Program-made: the position numbers and the translations under genes
Source: Parasitella parasitica NRRL 2501
Taxonomy: Eukaryota; Fungi; Mucoromycota
Assembly (NCBI GenBank): GCA_025201805.1
Contig: MU619245.1
Coordinates: 254,697-318,696 of the forward strand
Reading direction: 5' to 3'
DNA: 64,000 nucleotides
The notes under the pieces: model-generated
What the model saw: only the letters and a program-made list of their open reading frames with translations
What the model was told of the DNA's origin: nothing
The model's database searches: none
Shown here: positions 13,017 through 26,696 of the stretch, one piece after another
Position numbering within the stretch: position 1 is the first letter of the stretch
How the letters are laid out: every line of letters starts with the position of its first letter

Positions 13017-14217
13017 TGCATTAAAAACAGCAATTCTGACAGAAAATATCAGTTTTAATCTGTTTGCTAAACCTATTCTATGCTGTAAATTCTCTAACAA
13101 AGTTTTCTCGTATGGATAAATATCATATAACCACAAATAAAGTCATTGAAGTTGCAATTGTTTAAAGTAAGTTATTATTAGTTATGTTATATCTAGTGAA
13201 TGACTATTCAAAATGGAGCAAACAACATACGCATATGTTGTTTTAGCTTTCAAACTTGATTTAAACAAAAAACGTCTAAATTGAGAGCACAACAAGTCTT
13301 TGATATTAATCGCACTTTTTAGCCCACTCTTGATAAAAAAGTTGAAATGCATTTAGTTAACTGCACTTACAAATGAGTGGAGTCTATGCTGATCCCCTGG
13401 AATAGTAGTACAAATCTTCACAGGAAAATACGTGCTCGAATAAACATCGAACAACAAGATAAGAGTCATTTACTTATCAGATAAGACAACTGCGAGTCCT
13501 GAAAGTTTTCGGTCTAAACTTGACGTAACCTCTATACTGTAGAAGTGTGAGATAGATACATTTACCTAAAAATACTACTGATCATTCAGTAAATTGTCAT
13601 AATAATTTTGCCCAAGCAATGCATAAACAGTGAACACCAGCCCGAGACAAGATGGTATTAATAAACATGCGCCATTTTTTATATTTTGCTGCTGAATCCC
13701 ATATTGTAGAGAAATTTAAATTCATTTAGTTTTGCCGTTTGTGGGGCAGGTAAGTAAGCTTTCTACTAGATCTACTTTTATGTAGTTTGATTTGATGCTC
13801 TAGCATCCGTTGTACAAATGACGATTCGAACCAAGTCCGCCTAACCAACACATCCCGTCCACATATTAATTTGATACACGGTATTATATAGTCTCTAGCT
13901 GGTTATGCCCCGTGCAATAAAAAAAAAAAAGATGAGCATTCGACTTGTTTCTTTAATAAATCAGATTAATAGAGAGCCAAACTAAATACATTCTGACTAT
14001 TTCCATCAGTCATTTGCATTTATAAATAAACATTAAAGCAAGGCCGTAATATATAATCTTGTAGTTTATTTTTATAAATAAAGGAGGCTTAAAGGTTAAA
14101 AGGCCTTTTCCTTTGTGTTACTCTCACTAAACCCAAAAAAAAAAAAAAAGAATAAAAATCAACCAAGCAAAGTTTCCCCTCTTTCTTTCTTTCTTTATAT
14201 CTAAGAAAATATTACAA

Positions 14218-15508
14218 ATGTCTGAAAATATTATTGCCTCTCTCCAAATCGGAAGCAACACCCCTTCCATGCCTATTGAAGAATACAGAGCCCGTAAGGT
14301 TGCTCTTATCACTGGTAAGTTTACATCATTTCGTTGTCTTGTGTAGTCAAAGCGTGTTGACTGGTCCAAATCACATATTAGGTGTTACCGGCCAAGATGG
14401 TTCTTATTTGACTGAATTCTTATTGCAGAAGGGCTACGAGGTTCACGGTATCATCCGTAGATCTTCGTCTTTCAATACTGGCCGCATCGAACACATTTAT
14501 AAGGATAGACACGATCAAGGTAAATATAAATCTGGCCGTGTAATTGGATTTTTGGTTGAAGATCCGATTGTTAGTCTTCATCGATGCTTATGACGATCAT
14601 TTCATTTTATCGTAGGCGTCAAATTCTTCCTTCACCATGGTGATTTGACTGATTCCACTTGTCTCGTTCATATTGTCTCCCAAATTCAACCCACCGAAAT
14701 TTACAACTTGGCTGCTCAATCTCACGTCAAGGTCTCGTTTGATATGTCTGAATACACTGGTGATGTCGATGCTCTTGGTACTCTTCGTCTTTTAGATGCC
14801 ATCCGTACTTGTGGTTTGAGCGACCGTGTTCGATTCTATCAGGCCTCTACTTCTGAGCTTTATGGTAAAGTTGCCGAGACTCCTCAAAAAGAAACCACAC
14901 CTTTCTATCCTCGTTCTCCTTATGGCGTGGCTAAACTTTACGGTTATTGGATCACTGTCAATTATCGCGAATCATATAACATGTATGCCTGTAATGGTAT
15001 CCTTTTCAACCATGAAAGTCCCCGCCGTGGTCGTACTTTTGTCACTCGTAAGATCACTCGTGCTGTTGCCGATATCCATTTGGGTCGTCAAGATTGTCTT
15101 TATCTCGGTAACATCGATGCTAAGCGTGATTGGGGACATGCCCGAGATTATGTTGAGGGTATGTGGCTCATGCTTCAACAGGATGCTCCTGAAGATTTCG
15201 TCCTGGCCACTGGCGAAACTCACACTGTCCGTAGTTTTGTCGAGAAGGCTTTCAAGGTGACTGGTCGTAATATTGTTTGGGAAGGTGAGGGTGTTGATGA
15301 AGTTGGTAAAGATGCTGAATCAGGCAAAATCCGCGTTCGTATTGATCCTAAATACTTCCGTCCTGCCGAAGTTGAACTCTTGTTGGGTGATCCCACCAAG
15401 GCCAACACTGAATTGAACTGGAAGAGAAAAGTCACTTTTGATGAGTTAGTTACTGAGATGGTTGTTGCTGATATTGAAGGTGGTCTTAATTCTTCCACAT
15501 TAATGTAA
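14218..15508 (+). CDS. gmd: GDP-mannose 4,6-dehydratase; 3 exons
   Basis: KVALITG|[59 protein letters not shown]. Confidence 0.97.
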
Positions 15509-16530
15509 TTTTAGAAACTCTAATAAGTATTTTTTTTTTATAAATAAAAATTCAACCACATATATCACCATAGCATAGCATGTTCGCTTTGTAGAAAGCA
15601 GCTAGATGTATTTTCATTAATGTTTGACACAATTAAAAACAATTTTATTATAGACTGAATAGAAAATACCTATTTAAACGGTCTAGACAGCCCATAATTC
15701 CTAACCTTGGCGCTCATATTTTATGCGTAAGAATGCTTTCAACGTTACAAAAGCGAATAACACTCTTTTATGTTACGGTAAAGATTGACATGATGGCCAA
15801 AAGATAGTTCTTTTATCAAAATGCAAGTGTAGCTTTATAAAATCAGATCTTCAACGTATTTTGCAATTGCTGTATTCTTTCAAACCAAATAAAACTAAAT
15901 TAGTCTTTTACGCGGAGTCATGACAAGACTGAACGAATAATAAAACAACATCATTTCGTTTGCAATAAACTCCGTTCAAAGTCAAAGCATCGTAGTGAAG
16001 ATTCTAAATGTTAACAGATGAACGTTGTGCTAGTATACACTCTTCAAACTTAGATACATGTGCTTACATTATTCTGCATAATCCAGGTTTAAATTTCAAG
16101 ACAATTTTTTTCTTGTGAAATAAATAACTAACATTGGTTTGTTGGGTTACTGTCTATACAAAGAAAATCTCGAAGAGGTTATCTGTTCATAGGCTTGGCT
16201 GTTTTGTTAGACAGTTAGACATGTGGAAAATGCTCTTATGATAACATCAAACGAGAACATTACAGTGCACCCGTTCATGGCATCTTATAAAATGTAGAAT
16301 GATCGATTACTGCGAAAGTTTCTACAACAAACGCCCTATCGCATTGTTTTACAAAATTATGTACACTTTACGTAACTGAAGGCATGAAAAAAATCATCAA
16401 AAAAATTATCGTTATTATAAAGGCGTTATAGATCAAATCAAGTTTAATGCCGTATACCCATTGATGAGAGCATAAGGATATTTCGAGACAACTTGGAATT
16501 TGAGATCGTCAAAATAATATAACCCAGTAA

Positions 16531-16970
16531 GGAAAGACCCAGGTTGCCAAATATGACAATGTCCAGGAAATAGTCGACGCCCTCGAGAAAGAAGGATCCA
16601 AGTTCTCGCTGTCTGCTAGAGACAAGATTTTCCTAGGGTCTTCGTCGGCTGCAAAGGTCACAATGGAACTTTATCGTCAAGCTTCATGTTTGTTCTATAC
16701 AGATTGCTTGCTGTTAGAGCATAGATTGTGGTCAATTGACATATAATTAAACAGGATATCTTACATCCTTTTCATAATTGTATAGTTAAATATGCCTTTA
16801 TTCATAGAATACAATTGATTTCGCTGAAGGTTGTCAATGCTTGGGAAAAGATCTCTTGTATGGCATCAGTAGTACTTATTCAGATTGATTTGAAAGTCGA
16901 TATACATGCCAAACATTTTGACGCCGCAGAGTATTTACCGCCTGTAAAACTGGATGTTCAAATTTAGACG
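16531..16970 (+). pseudogene. Decayed C-terminal fragment of a 3-hydroxyisobutyryl-CoA hydrolase (HIBCH/Ehd3-like)
   Basis: 16531-16746 reads KYDNVQEIVDALEKEGSKFSLSARDKIFLGSSSAAKVTMELYRQASCLFYTDCLLLEHRLW with no 5' ATG. After an intron-like spacer come DFAEG (16817-16831) with a +1 shift into VNA, then KRSLVWH and DLKVDIHAKHFD in shifted frames. No N-terminal crotonase domain is visible. Confidence 0.65.
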
Positions 16971-17299
16971 ATAATATCGAGTAAATAAACTTGAGGATAC
17001 ACTATTACTGCGAACATCTCTCAGGTTAACTCAACTTGCAAATTGTGCATGCACTAAAAATTAAGCAGCGCCAGTAAGACAGTCGGTGACGATGGTTATA
17101 CCTTGTGCTATACAACAAAGCTTCATATTGCCTACTGCTGCTGTATAAAGGCAAGCTTCTGCCAGCTCGAAAATCTAGTGTCACCTTGCCACACAGGGCT
17201 CTGATGCAATCAAGGCCGTGGGAAAAATTGGTGCTTGGATATGGATACCAAGCGTATTGAAGCTCAAGCTTTTTCTTACGTCTTTCTTTCTCTTTAACC

Positions 17300-19703
17300 A
17301 TGTTGTCGCACACAATTATTCATCATACTCGACGCCATTTGGGTAGATCAGTCAAGCCTGCCTCTGTCTCTGTGTTCCGTCAGTTCCATTCACTCCACGA
17401 AGACAACGCAGCAGTTTTGCCCAATAACATCGAAACTGCCAGTGCTGCATTCAAAGTAAGCCTTTCCAAAACACCATGTACTACTAGATGAGTTGACTTG
17501 TGTGTCTCTCTAGGAAAATGCAGAGAAAATGCAGCGCTTAGTTGACGACTTGAATCTGACTACAGAAAAGATTAAGCTCGGTAAGATGTCAACAATTGGA
17601 AAGCGCCGAAATAGTGATTAACCCCATCGCTTGTTTGATTTCCGGTGTGCAGGTGGTGGCGAAGCTGCTCGCAAGAGACATTTGTCCAGAAAGAAGATGC
17701 TTCCCAGAGACAGGTAAATGCGGGTTCATCGATATATGCACAGGTCGTTTACTGATAGGATATCTTCCAGAGTCAATCGTTTACTGGATCCAAAGTAAGT
17801 TGTTCCTGCAGGCGGATAAGTCGGTGGCCACCCCGATCTAATGCAAGCGAAATTTAGCTCTCCTTTCCTTGAACTTTCAGCTTTAGCCGGTTACAAGCTC
17901 TACGATGATGAGGTGCCTGCTGGTGGTATTATCACAGGCATTGGACGCGTGAATGGGTAAGTTGAACACTGAGCAGCACTCGAACTGCCCGTGGGAATCT
18001 AAACTGAGTTGTAAAATAGCGTTGAATGCATGGTGGTCGCAAACGACCCAACTGTCAAGGTAACATGGGAAAAAAGTGTGCAAGGAGTTTTCTCACAATC
18101 ATTTCATATGCGTGTAGGGTGGATCTTATTATCCCATTACAGGTGAGTCTGCTCTCTCTCTATATACATAGCATCTGTTGTATTTACATGCTTGCAGTTA
18201 AGAAGCATCTTCGTGCTCAGGAGATTGCAAAGGAAAACAACCTTCCTTGCATCTACCTCGGTAAGTAACCGTGTCCACTGACCTATACCACATTTTTTTA
18301 ACCCTGCAAACAGTCGACTCTGGAGGAGCCAATCTCCCCAGACAGGCAGACGTCTTTCCTGATCGTGAACATTTCGGCCGTATTTTCTATAATCAAGCCA
18401 ACATGTCCGCTCAAGGTATTCCTCAAATTGCCGCTGTGATGGGCTCTTGTACTGCAGGTGGTGCTTATGTATGTTTCAAGTCATTTTTTGTATACCAGAG
18501 AGAGAGAGAGAGAGCGATGCATTAAAAGTATTTTGGTTTAGGTTCCAGCCATGTCAGAGGAGAGTATCATCGTCAAGAATCAAGGCACTATTTTCCTTGC
18601 TGGTCCTCCTCTTGTCAAGGCAGCTATTGGTGAAGTGATCAGTCCTGAAGACTTGGGTGGTGCTGATCTTCACTGCAAAACCTCCGGCGTCACTGACCAT
18701 TATGCTGTTGATGACGAGCATGCTCTTGTATTGGCTCGCAGAGTGGTAGGTACTTTGAATAGAACCAAAAAGCCTCAATTGGACCTCCGCGTGCCTGAAG
18801 AGCCCTTGTATTCACCAGACGAAATTGGTGGCATTGTTGGTGATAACTTGAAAAAGTCATTCGATAGCAAGAATATCATTTCCCGTATTGTCGACGGCAG
18901 TCGATTCGCCGAATTCAAGGAACACTATGGCACCACTCTTGTCACAGGTAATATCTAAAGCATTGCGTTTACTTTTTTTTATTTATTTATTGGTTTGAGC
19001 GCTCACATACATTCTTCATATTTTTCAGGTTTTGCTCATATCCATGGAAATCCTGTCGGTATTGTTGCAAATAATGGTATCCTATTCTCTGAATCCGCAT
19101 TGAAAGGGGCCCATTTCATCCAACTGTGTTCTCAAAGAGGTATTCCTCTTGTTTTCCTTCAAAATATCACTGGGTTCATGGTAGGATCTTCAGCTGAAGC
19201 TGGTGGTATTGCTAAAAATGGGGCCAAGCTTGTCAATGCCGTGTCATGTGCCAAGGTTCCTAAATTTACTGTACTTACTGGTGGCAGTTTCGGTGCTGGT
19301 AACTATGGCATGTGCGGCCGTGCCTTTTCGCCTCGGTTCTTGTGGATGTGGCCTGTAAGTTGGAAAACGATAAATTTAAATTCAAACTTAAACAATTGCT
19401 CTGTTGTAGAATGCCCGTATCTCTGTCATGGGTGGTGAACAAAGTGCTAATGTCTTGGCTCAAATCACTAGAGAAAGTAAAGCAAAGAAGGGAGAGTCTT
19501 GGCCACAGGAAGAAGAAGAGAAATTCATGGCACCTATTCGTGAAAAGTATGAAGCTGAAGGCCACCCTTACTTTTCAAGTGCCAGATTATGGGATGACGG
19601 CGTTATTAATCCTCGCGATACTCGTACAATACTCGGCTTGGCTATTAGTGCTTCATTGAATGCCCCTATTGAAAAGACAGACTTTGGTCTCTTTAGAATG
19701 TAA
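17300..19703 (+). CDS. MCCC2: 3-methylcrotonyl-CoA carboxylase beta subunit (carboxyltransferase), mitochondrial; about 12 exons
   Basis: Presequence, VANDPTVK|[57 protein letters not shown]. Confidence 0.96.
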
Positions 19704-19954
19704 AAAAATTAGAACATTTTACCACATTTGACGATTTTGAATTTTTTTTTTTTTCATTTTGGATTTTGCTTACAACACTACTATAATTAAACTTTCTAAA
19801 GCTCTGCATTGATAAGAACAACGGATATCGATTCCTGGGTGTCGGCTTGAATAAATGACAGTCCGTCTTGCTGGGGATATTTGTCATTATCTGTTGAGGC
19901 AGAGCATTGTAAACATTCTCTCTCTCTCTTTATAAACATAGTTACTAACAAACA

Positions 19955-20235
19955 ATGCCATCTTCATGTCAAGAAATCCGACAAGAACTTATCGAGTGCA
20001 TGCTTAAGTCTGATTGTGTTTTAAAAAAGCGTAATACAGTGAAAGAATGCTTCAAAGAGGAACATAAAGCGGATGTCCCAACTGAATGTTTGAGTATTAA
20101 AAAGAGTTTTGCAGAATGTAAACGTGGAATGGTATTTTTGCACCTACTTTTTACACCATTGTATACTTTGTTGACACGATATTTTGCATGTAGATTGACC
20201 CTCGTATGCGAATGCGTGGAAATAAAACACAGTAG
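19955..20235 (+). CDS. COA5: Cytochrome c oxidase assembly factor Coa5/Pet191 (twin Cx9C); 2 exons
   Basis: SSCQEIRQELIECMLKSDCV..ECKRGM|IDPRMRMRGNKTQ*. Intron at about 20132-20193. Confidence 0.9.
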
Positions 20236-20345
20236 AAAAACAATATGCATGTACAATACCATATAATAATAAAAATAATAAAAAGACTTTGTTATATATA
20301 CTACAATACATATCTAGCCACCAAGGTATATCCTTTTTATACAAT

Positions 20346-21187
20346 TTAATCTTCACCAACAGGCACTTCTTCTTCCAGGTAACGAACTAGTTTGATTCTC
20401 ATTTCAGTTGCATCATCACCACGAAGAGTATCACTGACGAATTGAGCTTCTACTTGCATTTGAACCTTGAAAGAAAGTGGTTCAGTTACAATCAATGCCA
20501 ATCATCGAAAGAAAAAAAAAAGAAAACTGAGAGCTTACCATCTCGAGCGCACCACGCAATACACCGCAGTACACATTAGAATACCATAATCCACCATCCA
20601 ATGCTTCGTCAGGTAATTCAACAAAATCAATCAATGGATTCTCATCAAATATAAGGGAAAACTCCTTGTTATCGCTTGACCAATTGGTGACAGTAGGTGC
20701 AATGTTAAGAAACATCTTGAATCCAACCTACTTTCACTGATCAGATCATTTATTCCTTAGTTGAGACGGTACTCTTGTCTGCTTACCTTTGAGACAGCTT
20801 CTGCTGTGTCTCTAAACTCTGAACAACGTCCTATGCCAGATCTCGCCAAGAAATCCTCAATCATACGCTGACCGATATTATAGCCCCTACATTGAAAAAG
20901 GGTCAACAACCTTTGTTTTCGAAAAAAAAAAAAAAAAAGGCAGTTTTACATCTTTTCCAGCTGTTTATTCACTTCTCCGTAATCTTCGAAATCCTTTACT
21001 AGTTGGACCACCATTGAACCATACGTTAAAGTGAAAAGCTCGGCGTTCTACATGACTTTGTAAGAAGAAAAAAACTCCCTCCCTACGCGCTTAACTGTAA
21101 AAAAAAACTCACAATTTTATCTACTTTGGATTTCCAAACTTCTTCACCCAGTGCTTTGTACTGTTTCACTGCAGGAGTAGAAGACAT
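20346..21187 (-). CDS. BET3: TRAPP subunit Bet3/TRAPPC3; 5 exons
   Basis: KVDKI|[63 protein letters not shown]. Confidence 0.95.
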
Positions 21188-21342
21188 GATGTGTGTATAT
21201 TTATTTGATTAACAAAAAAGAGAGAGAGATAAAATAAAAGGATTCCGGAAAGGGAAAGTACATTATTATACATATAAAACAACATTTTGTGAGCGAGTGT
21301 GTGTGTGTGAATAGCAAGTGACTTGAGGACAGCTGATGATTT

Positions 21343-22516
21343 TCAGCCAGCAACTTGAGAAAATGCATTTGACATTGTATTGACTGTCCAGTTAGCATTC
21401 TGAACGGCTTCCGTGCTATTATTCATCGGCTTATGCTCTTTTTCTTCTCTCCAAAAGGCAACTTGTGTTAGTACATGTCCCTTGACAATCTTTGTGTAAA
21501 ACCACGTAAAAATCATCATGGAAAATGTTGCCAGGCCAAACAGAATGTAACCCACCGTTTGAGCATGGCCAATGTCTGTGCTGGTTAATACTACCACCAG
21601 CTTGACAATAAAGGCAACAATCAGCAATAAACCCCATGTTACAGTCATGACTCTCATGTCATGTCGAAATCTGGCCATATTGTTGTATAAATAATCTAAT
21701 CTTCTTTCACCTGAAGCATGTTTGCTGCTCTTGGTAAGACGATGATCGTCGTTTTTCTGCAAATCCTCGTCCTCCGGTCTTGGCATAACTTGATTAGCCA
21801 TTTGAAACACCAATGGCTTGAGCTCAAACGAGCCGATTTTTATAGGTATGACAGAGATGACACAGCTTACGCCTACGAGGAGTGGCACAATACCCTCACA
21901 GATAGCTCCAGTTTTTTCATCTGGTTCGACAATAGACTACTTGCGCATTAATACTTTTTTATCAAATGCAAGGGATCATCGTCTTGTCTTACCAGAATAC
22001 CGGATATAAGAAAACTGATACCAGCCACAAACCCGAGAGGGTCAAATACACCATCCTTCCACATGCGACTAGCGTAGATTTGTTTAGAATCAATTTTCCA
22101 CAGACTAGCAATAAAGCTTACTAGACAACAATGGCCAATGGTGGTGCAGAGGCGACAACCATGGCTAAAACTTGGCCGATATAGCCCTTGAGAATATTGT
22201 AAAGTAATATGGGCAAGCCAATGCTCCATATCACAGCTAAAATAAAGTTAAGGATGGGTCTTCCCTTGATAAAACTAAAGCTGAATATATCTTGAAGATC
22301 TCCTAAATCCATCGGGACCTCTTCATCCCGTCTTTGTGGTGCGTGTTTGTATTTTCCAATGAATTCATCGCTTTCTTCTTCCTCCTGTTGTTGTGCCTGA
22401 GGTTTTTCGTTGATGGTTTCATCATTGACAGATGAATTTTGTCGACTCGCAAGCAGTTCACTCGAGGATTCAAACCTATTCTTGCTGTCCGTGTTTCGAT
22501 TGAATGGCCAAACCAT
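21343..22516 (-). CDS. Multi-pass membrane protein resembling the bacterial VC0807 family; 3 exons
   Basis: About 6 TM segments. SIGLPILLY..AMVVASAPPLA, FDPLGFVAG, EGIVPLLVG, KPLVFQMA, FRHDMRVMTVTWG match my recollection of the family pattern. Confidence 0.7.
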
Positions 22517-22774
22517 TATTGCATTTATAGAGATGAAAAAAAAAAAAAAAAAAAAAAAATATAAAAAAAAAAAAAAAAAAAAAGAATTGTTGAAAACAAA
22601 GAGGAGCCGGCATATTTATATAACCGTGACGAAAGGTGAATGTAACAGTAAACAATACAGTAAGCTCTTATTGTGAAAACATACATATATTAAATACTTT
22701 GTTGAGATATGTAGGCAGGCTCTTTATTGCCAAATCTTTTTTTCGCCCTCTTTTTCTTGCTCTTCCATTCGATC

Positions 22775-24551
22775 ATGCTCGTCTTTGCAATTCTATGGAT
22801 ATTCATAACAACAGTATCAGCAGCAACATCCAGGTTAATGAAACGCTCTTTTCATGCGGGATTCCCTGATTACTCGCTAAGGTACACACATCCAGATTTA
22901 TGTGATACAGGCACTAAACAGGTAGGCTCATTGTATATAACTTGAATCACCACCCCTCTAACAAATAAAGCTTAAAGACTTCTGGATACTTTGAGTTACC
23001 AGATGGAAAGAATTTTTTCTTCTGGTTCTTTGAGAGTAAAACAAATCCCAGTAGTGATCCAACGTTATTGTGGATTAATGGTGGGCCTGGTTGCTCTTCC
23101 ATGATGGGCTTATTCATGGGAATTGGGTACGTATTTAAAGGCAAAACGCCAAGCATTCCTTTTAAATAATATATACAAAGGCCATGTCACGTCAATAAAG
23201 AAGGCGACCGAGCACTACCTAATCTACAATCCTGGAATTCAGTTTCCAATGTTATCTACCTTGACCAAGTAATTATATACATACACTAAATAAGCCTATC
23301 GCTTATACTATCACTCACTAAAAAGAACGCTTGTGAATTTTAGCCTGTCAATTCTGGCTATTCTTACCATGAAAACAGCTCTGCATATATTACAGATAGT
23401 AATACCGCTGCTCGAGATGTCTATGTCTTTTTGCAGTTATTCTTCAATGAATTCTCGCGTAAGATCGTCATACATATACTACACAAGCCAGATGTAAACC
23501 TTTTCAACATGTGCATCATGTAGACTTGTCAGAATCTGACTTTCATATTGCTGGAGAATCATGTAAGACCCCTTCTTCCTGACATGTGCATGCAATTAGT
23601 CGATATTGACATATTTTATAAGATGCGGGACACTTTTTACCTGCTATAGCAACAGCAATCAACGAAAAAGATAAAGAAGAGTCGACGACTCCAATTCAAT
23701 TAAAAAGCTTGATTATCGGCAATGGACTGACAGATCCCTTACAGCAATACAAATACTATAAATCAATGGCCTGCGAAAAATCAGCTTATGGAACTCTAAT
23801 CTCATCCTCGGAAAAGTGCAACGAAATGGAGATGCATCAAAAAGAATGCCAAAAGCTCATAGAATCATGCTACAATAGCTCGAATGTATCATCTTTATTC
23901 ACATTAGAACCAAACGAAGCATGTGTTGTCGCTTCCCAAGCATGCAATGCGCTTGTAGTTAAGCCTGTCATTGATGCAACTGGGTTGAACACTTACGATA
24001 TCCGGAAACAATGTGAAGGTCAGTGGGAAAAATAACAAAGCAAAGCAATTTGACACATATTTAATTCAACATCAGGCGGGCCCTTGTGTTATGATTATTT
24101 TGACGCCATCAAGACTTATCTAGATAATTCAAGAGTCAAAAGTGCTTTAGGTGTCAAACCATCCGTCAAATTCGAGTTATGTAGCAACGCAGTGAATGCC
24201 AATTTCCAGACTTCGGGCGATTGGATGAGACCGTATGTAAACCAGATAACACCTCTGCTTAATAGCAATATCTCAGTACTTGCCTATGCTGGTGATGCCG
24301 ACTTTATGTGCAATTGGATGGGTATAAGAGCGTGGACTATCAATTTACCTTGGGATGGACATGTCGACTACAATAAACAGAATGATATCAATTGGTATTC
24401 AAATGGAACTGCTGCTGGTACTATCAGGTCAAGTGGGCCTTTGACGTTTCTTAGGCTGTTTCATGCTGGCCATATGGCACCGTACGACCAACCTCAAGTT
24501 ACATTGGATATGTTTAGTCGATGGATTTCGGGCAAAATTATGCAGAACTAG
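22775..24551 (+). CDS. Secreted/vacuolar serine carboxypeptidase (peptidase S10, CPY-like), multi-exon
   Basis: Signal peptide [30 protein letters not shown]|PVNSGYS, GES|YAG (catalytic Ser), [21 protein letters not shown]. Confidence 0.93.
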
Positions 24552-24965
24552 TTCAAGTTTCTACACGAATTAGTAAATGCAATTACTTTTGCACACAACT
24601 CTAAATTATAAACCTATATATTTATAGCTTAAAATGGCTGTTATTGCTCATAAACTGACATATCTTATTGTTAAGAAGCTATTTTTGTGTCAATTTCGCC
24701 AACAAAAGGGCAAATTCTATGACAATCAGAATGTAATGCTTTCGGGCAGGCTTTTCTGATTCTGTGTCATTCATACCACGTGATACTATGCTAGGTTTAA
24801 CAACCAGTATGTAGCCTTTAAATGGATACACCAGTCGGTTCTACTGTTTATTTAGCAGAAGTGATAATAAAGTGTCTGTTGATTAATCTATAAGCTATTT
24901 GCAACAGGAACTTTTTCATTATTTGTTCCATGCTTTGAGAAAGCTGCATTTGTAGTTGTCATTAT

Positions 24966-25904
24966 CTATTTATCAGCCATTATGTCAGAGTGAGCGTCCC
25001 AAAAGTCTTGCCCAATTATATCCTCATGAATTGCAGTTGGTATAAGCTTCATGCGTTTGACCTCTTCCCCATTCCTTGGAGAAATTGAGGTAACTTCAGT
25101 CTTTTGACGAATAATAGTTGATCCTTTCCTATAGATTGGATCAATATTATTGTAATTAATATTGAATTCTGTAAACAAGATTTCATTCTTGTCCTTAGAG
25201 AAGGTGCCCTGTTGAAAATCACATTAGTAGCCTGACGCACGTGAAAACAAGATGCTTACTCTTAGTCGATCTTCAGCCTTATCCTCAGTCATTCCGGATT
25301 TAACGAGAGCCCAAAATGTAGTATTGAACAAATTGTTAATATGGCCTATCTTATGCAATTAGCAGCGCTACCATAACATTGCAGGCGAAACTTACAATCA
25401 GCTTGTCTCCAGCTCAAGTAATCTCTCAAAACATTATCATTGGGATAACAAACAGTTCTCGAATCAAAACAAGGCGCATATTTAAGTTTATCTTCACCGA
25501 AATACTCTCCCCAATGCATGACATAATTGGAAGCAAATAAACTTACAACTGTAGAGGATATTTTACTGCAACATTATCAATACTTGTTGCCAAAAAAAAA
25601 AAAAAAAAAAAAGAAAGGCTTACCTTGATCGACGAGAATAAAGATTGGATTTTTTAGGAATTATAAAACTGTATTCATCGCTTTGTCCGTACGCTAAAAC
25701 AATGTCTTTGATGTCCTTCATAACTTCAATAGCACATCTATTCATGAGATCAATCGCTCTTTTGTCATTTGGTTTTGCAAAATCATGAGTTTGAGAGAAT
25801 CTATGGAAACCACGACCATCAATACGAACAACGAGCCATGTGTTGGGTAACATATTGTCTGCTAATTCGAAATGACGCACATATTCAAATTTGGAATTAG
25901 CCAT
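24966..25904 (-). CDS. THG1: tRNA(His) guanylyltransferase Thg1; 4 exons
   Basis: [43 protein letters not shown]|CHINNL, INYNN..YRKGS. Confidence 0.96.
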
Positions 25905-26229
25905 TGTGAGATTGGGATACGCAAAGAATATCACAACTTTTTTTTGATGTGCTTCATGACAATAAAAGTCAACCAACGTAAAACTGTCACAGAGTGCCAA
26001 AATGTTTGGATTTGCTATTTCGTTGAATAGCAACGAACCTGTGCACCATACACACAGCAATACCCCCCCCCCCTCCTTCAATAATTTGATATTGCAAAAA
26101 GTATTGTTTTCATTTTTTTTTATTTGAAATGTAATTTACAATGAACTGGAAGAATCAATCTTAAATACTCCATTTTTTCTATCTCCAATTCCTTTTCTTT
26201 TCTGAGTTGATGTGATCTGTTGAACGAAG

Positions 26230-26484
26230 TTAATAAGGACGAGCAGGTAGTTGAGTGAGTAGAATGTTGTATCTCTTCTTGATAGTAACACGTTGACGAG
26301 AAAATTTATCGTCCGGAGAGAAACGAGCAGGATGAGCTGATTTGGTAGGCAAACCCTTAGGATCCGTCTTCTACTCACACAAATGTCAAATTATGTTTTG
26401 ATTTTTTTTTTTTGAAAATTATTCATTTACCTTGAGAGTATAAACGCGCTCTCCTTCGTTGTTCAAATAGTACATCAAATACAT
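26230..26484 (-). CDS. NOP10: H/ACA RNP subunit Nop10 (64 aa; exons 26484-26431 and 26370-26230)
   Basis: Manual translation gives [18 protein letters not shown]|[46 protein letters not shown]. Missed by the ORF track. Confidence 0.96.
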
Positions 26485-26696
26485 TGTATATATAACTGCT
26501 ACTTTTCGTAGATAAAGATTGTAGGAAAAGAACAAGACAAAAAAGCTTTTCCTAATTTTTCTGCAACCCAAACCTGAATGCAATCAGTCAGTGACCGTCT
26601 AGGATGGACGAACATCCAAGCCACGATGTTGTAGCAACCTCTTCATCTTGATAAACGTGTTGGATTAATGCGCCTTGGTATCAAGCACGAACAAAA

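Noticed and set aside
13473-13485. CTTATCAGATAAG palindrome containing the SreA consensus ATCWGATAA
   Set aside because: A single site about 730 bp from GMD with no iron-uptake gene nearby, so plausibly chance.
14996-15006. GTATCCTTT resembling a U12 5' splice site
   Set aside because: It lies inside the conserved GMD exon (NGILFNH). All introns I checked are U2-type.
26136-26378. 80-aa ORF from the track
   Set aside because: It is a wrong-frame overlap of NOP10 exon 2.
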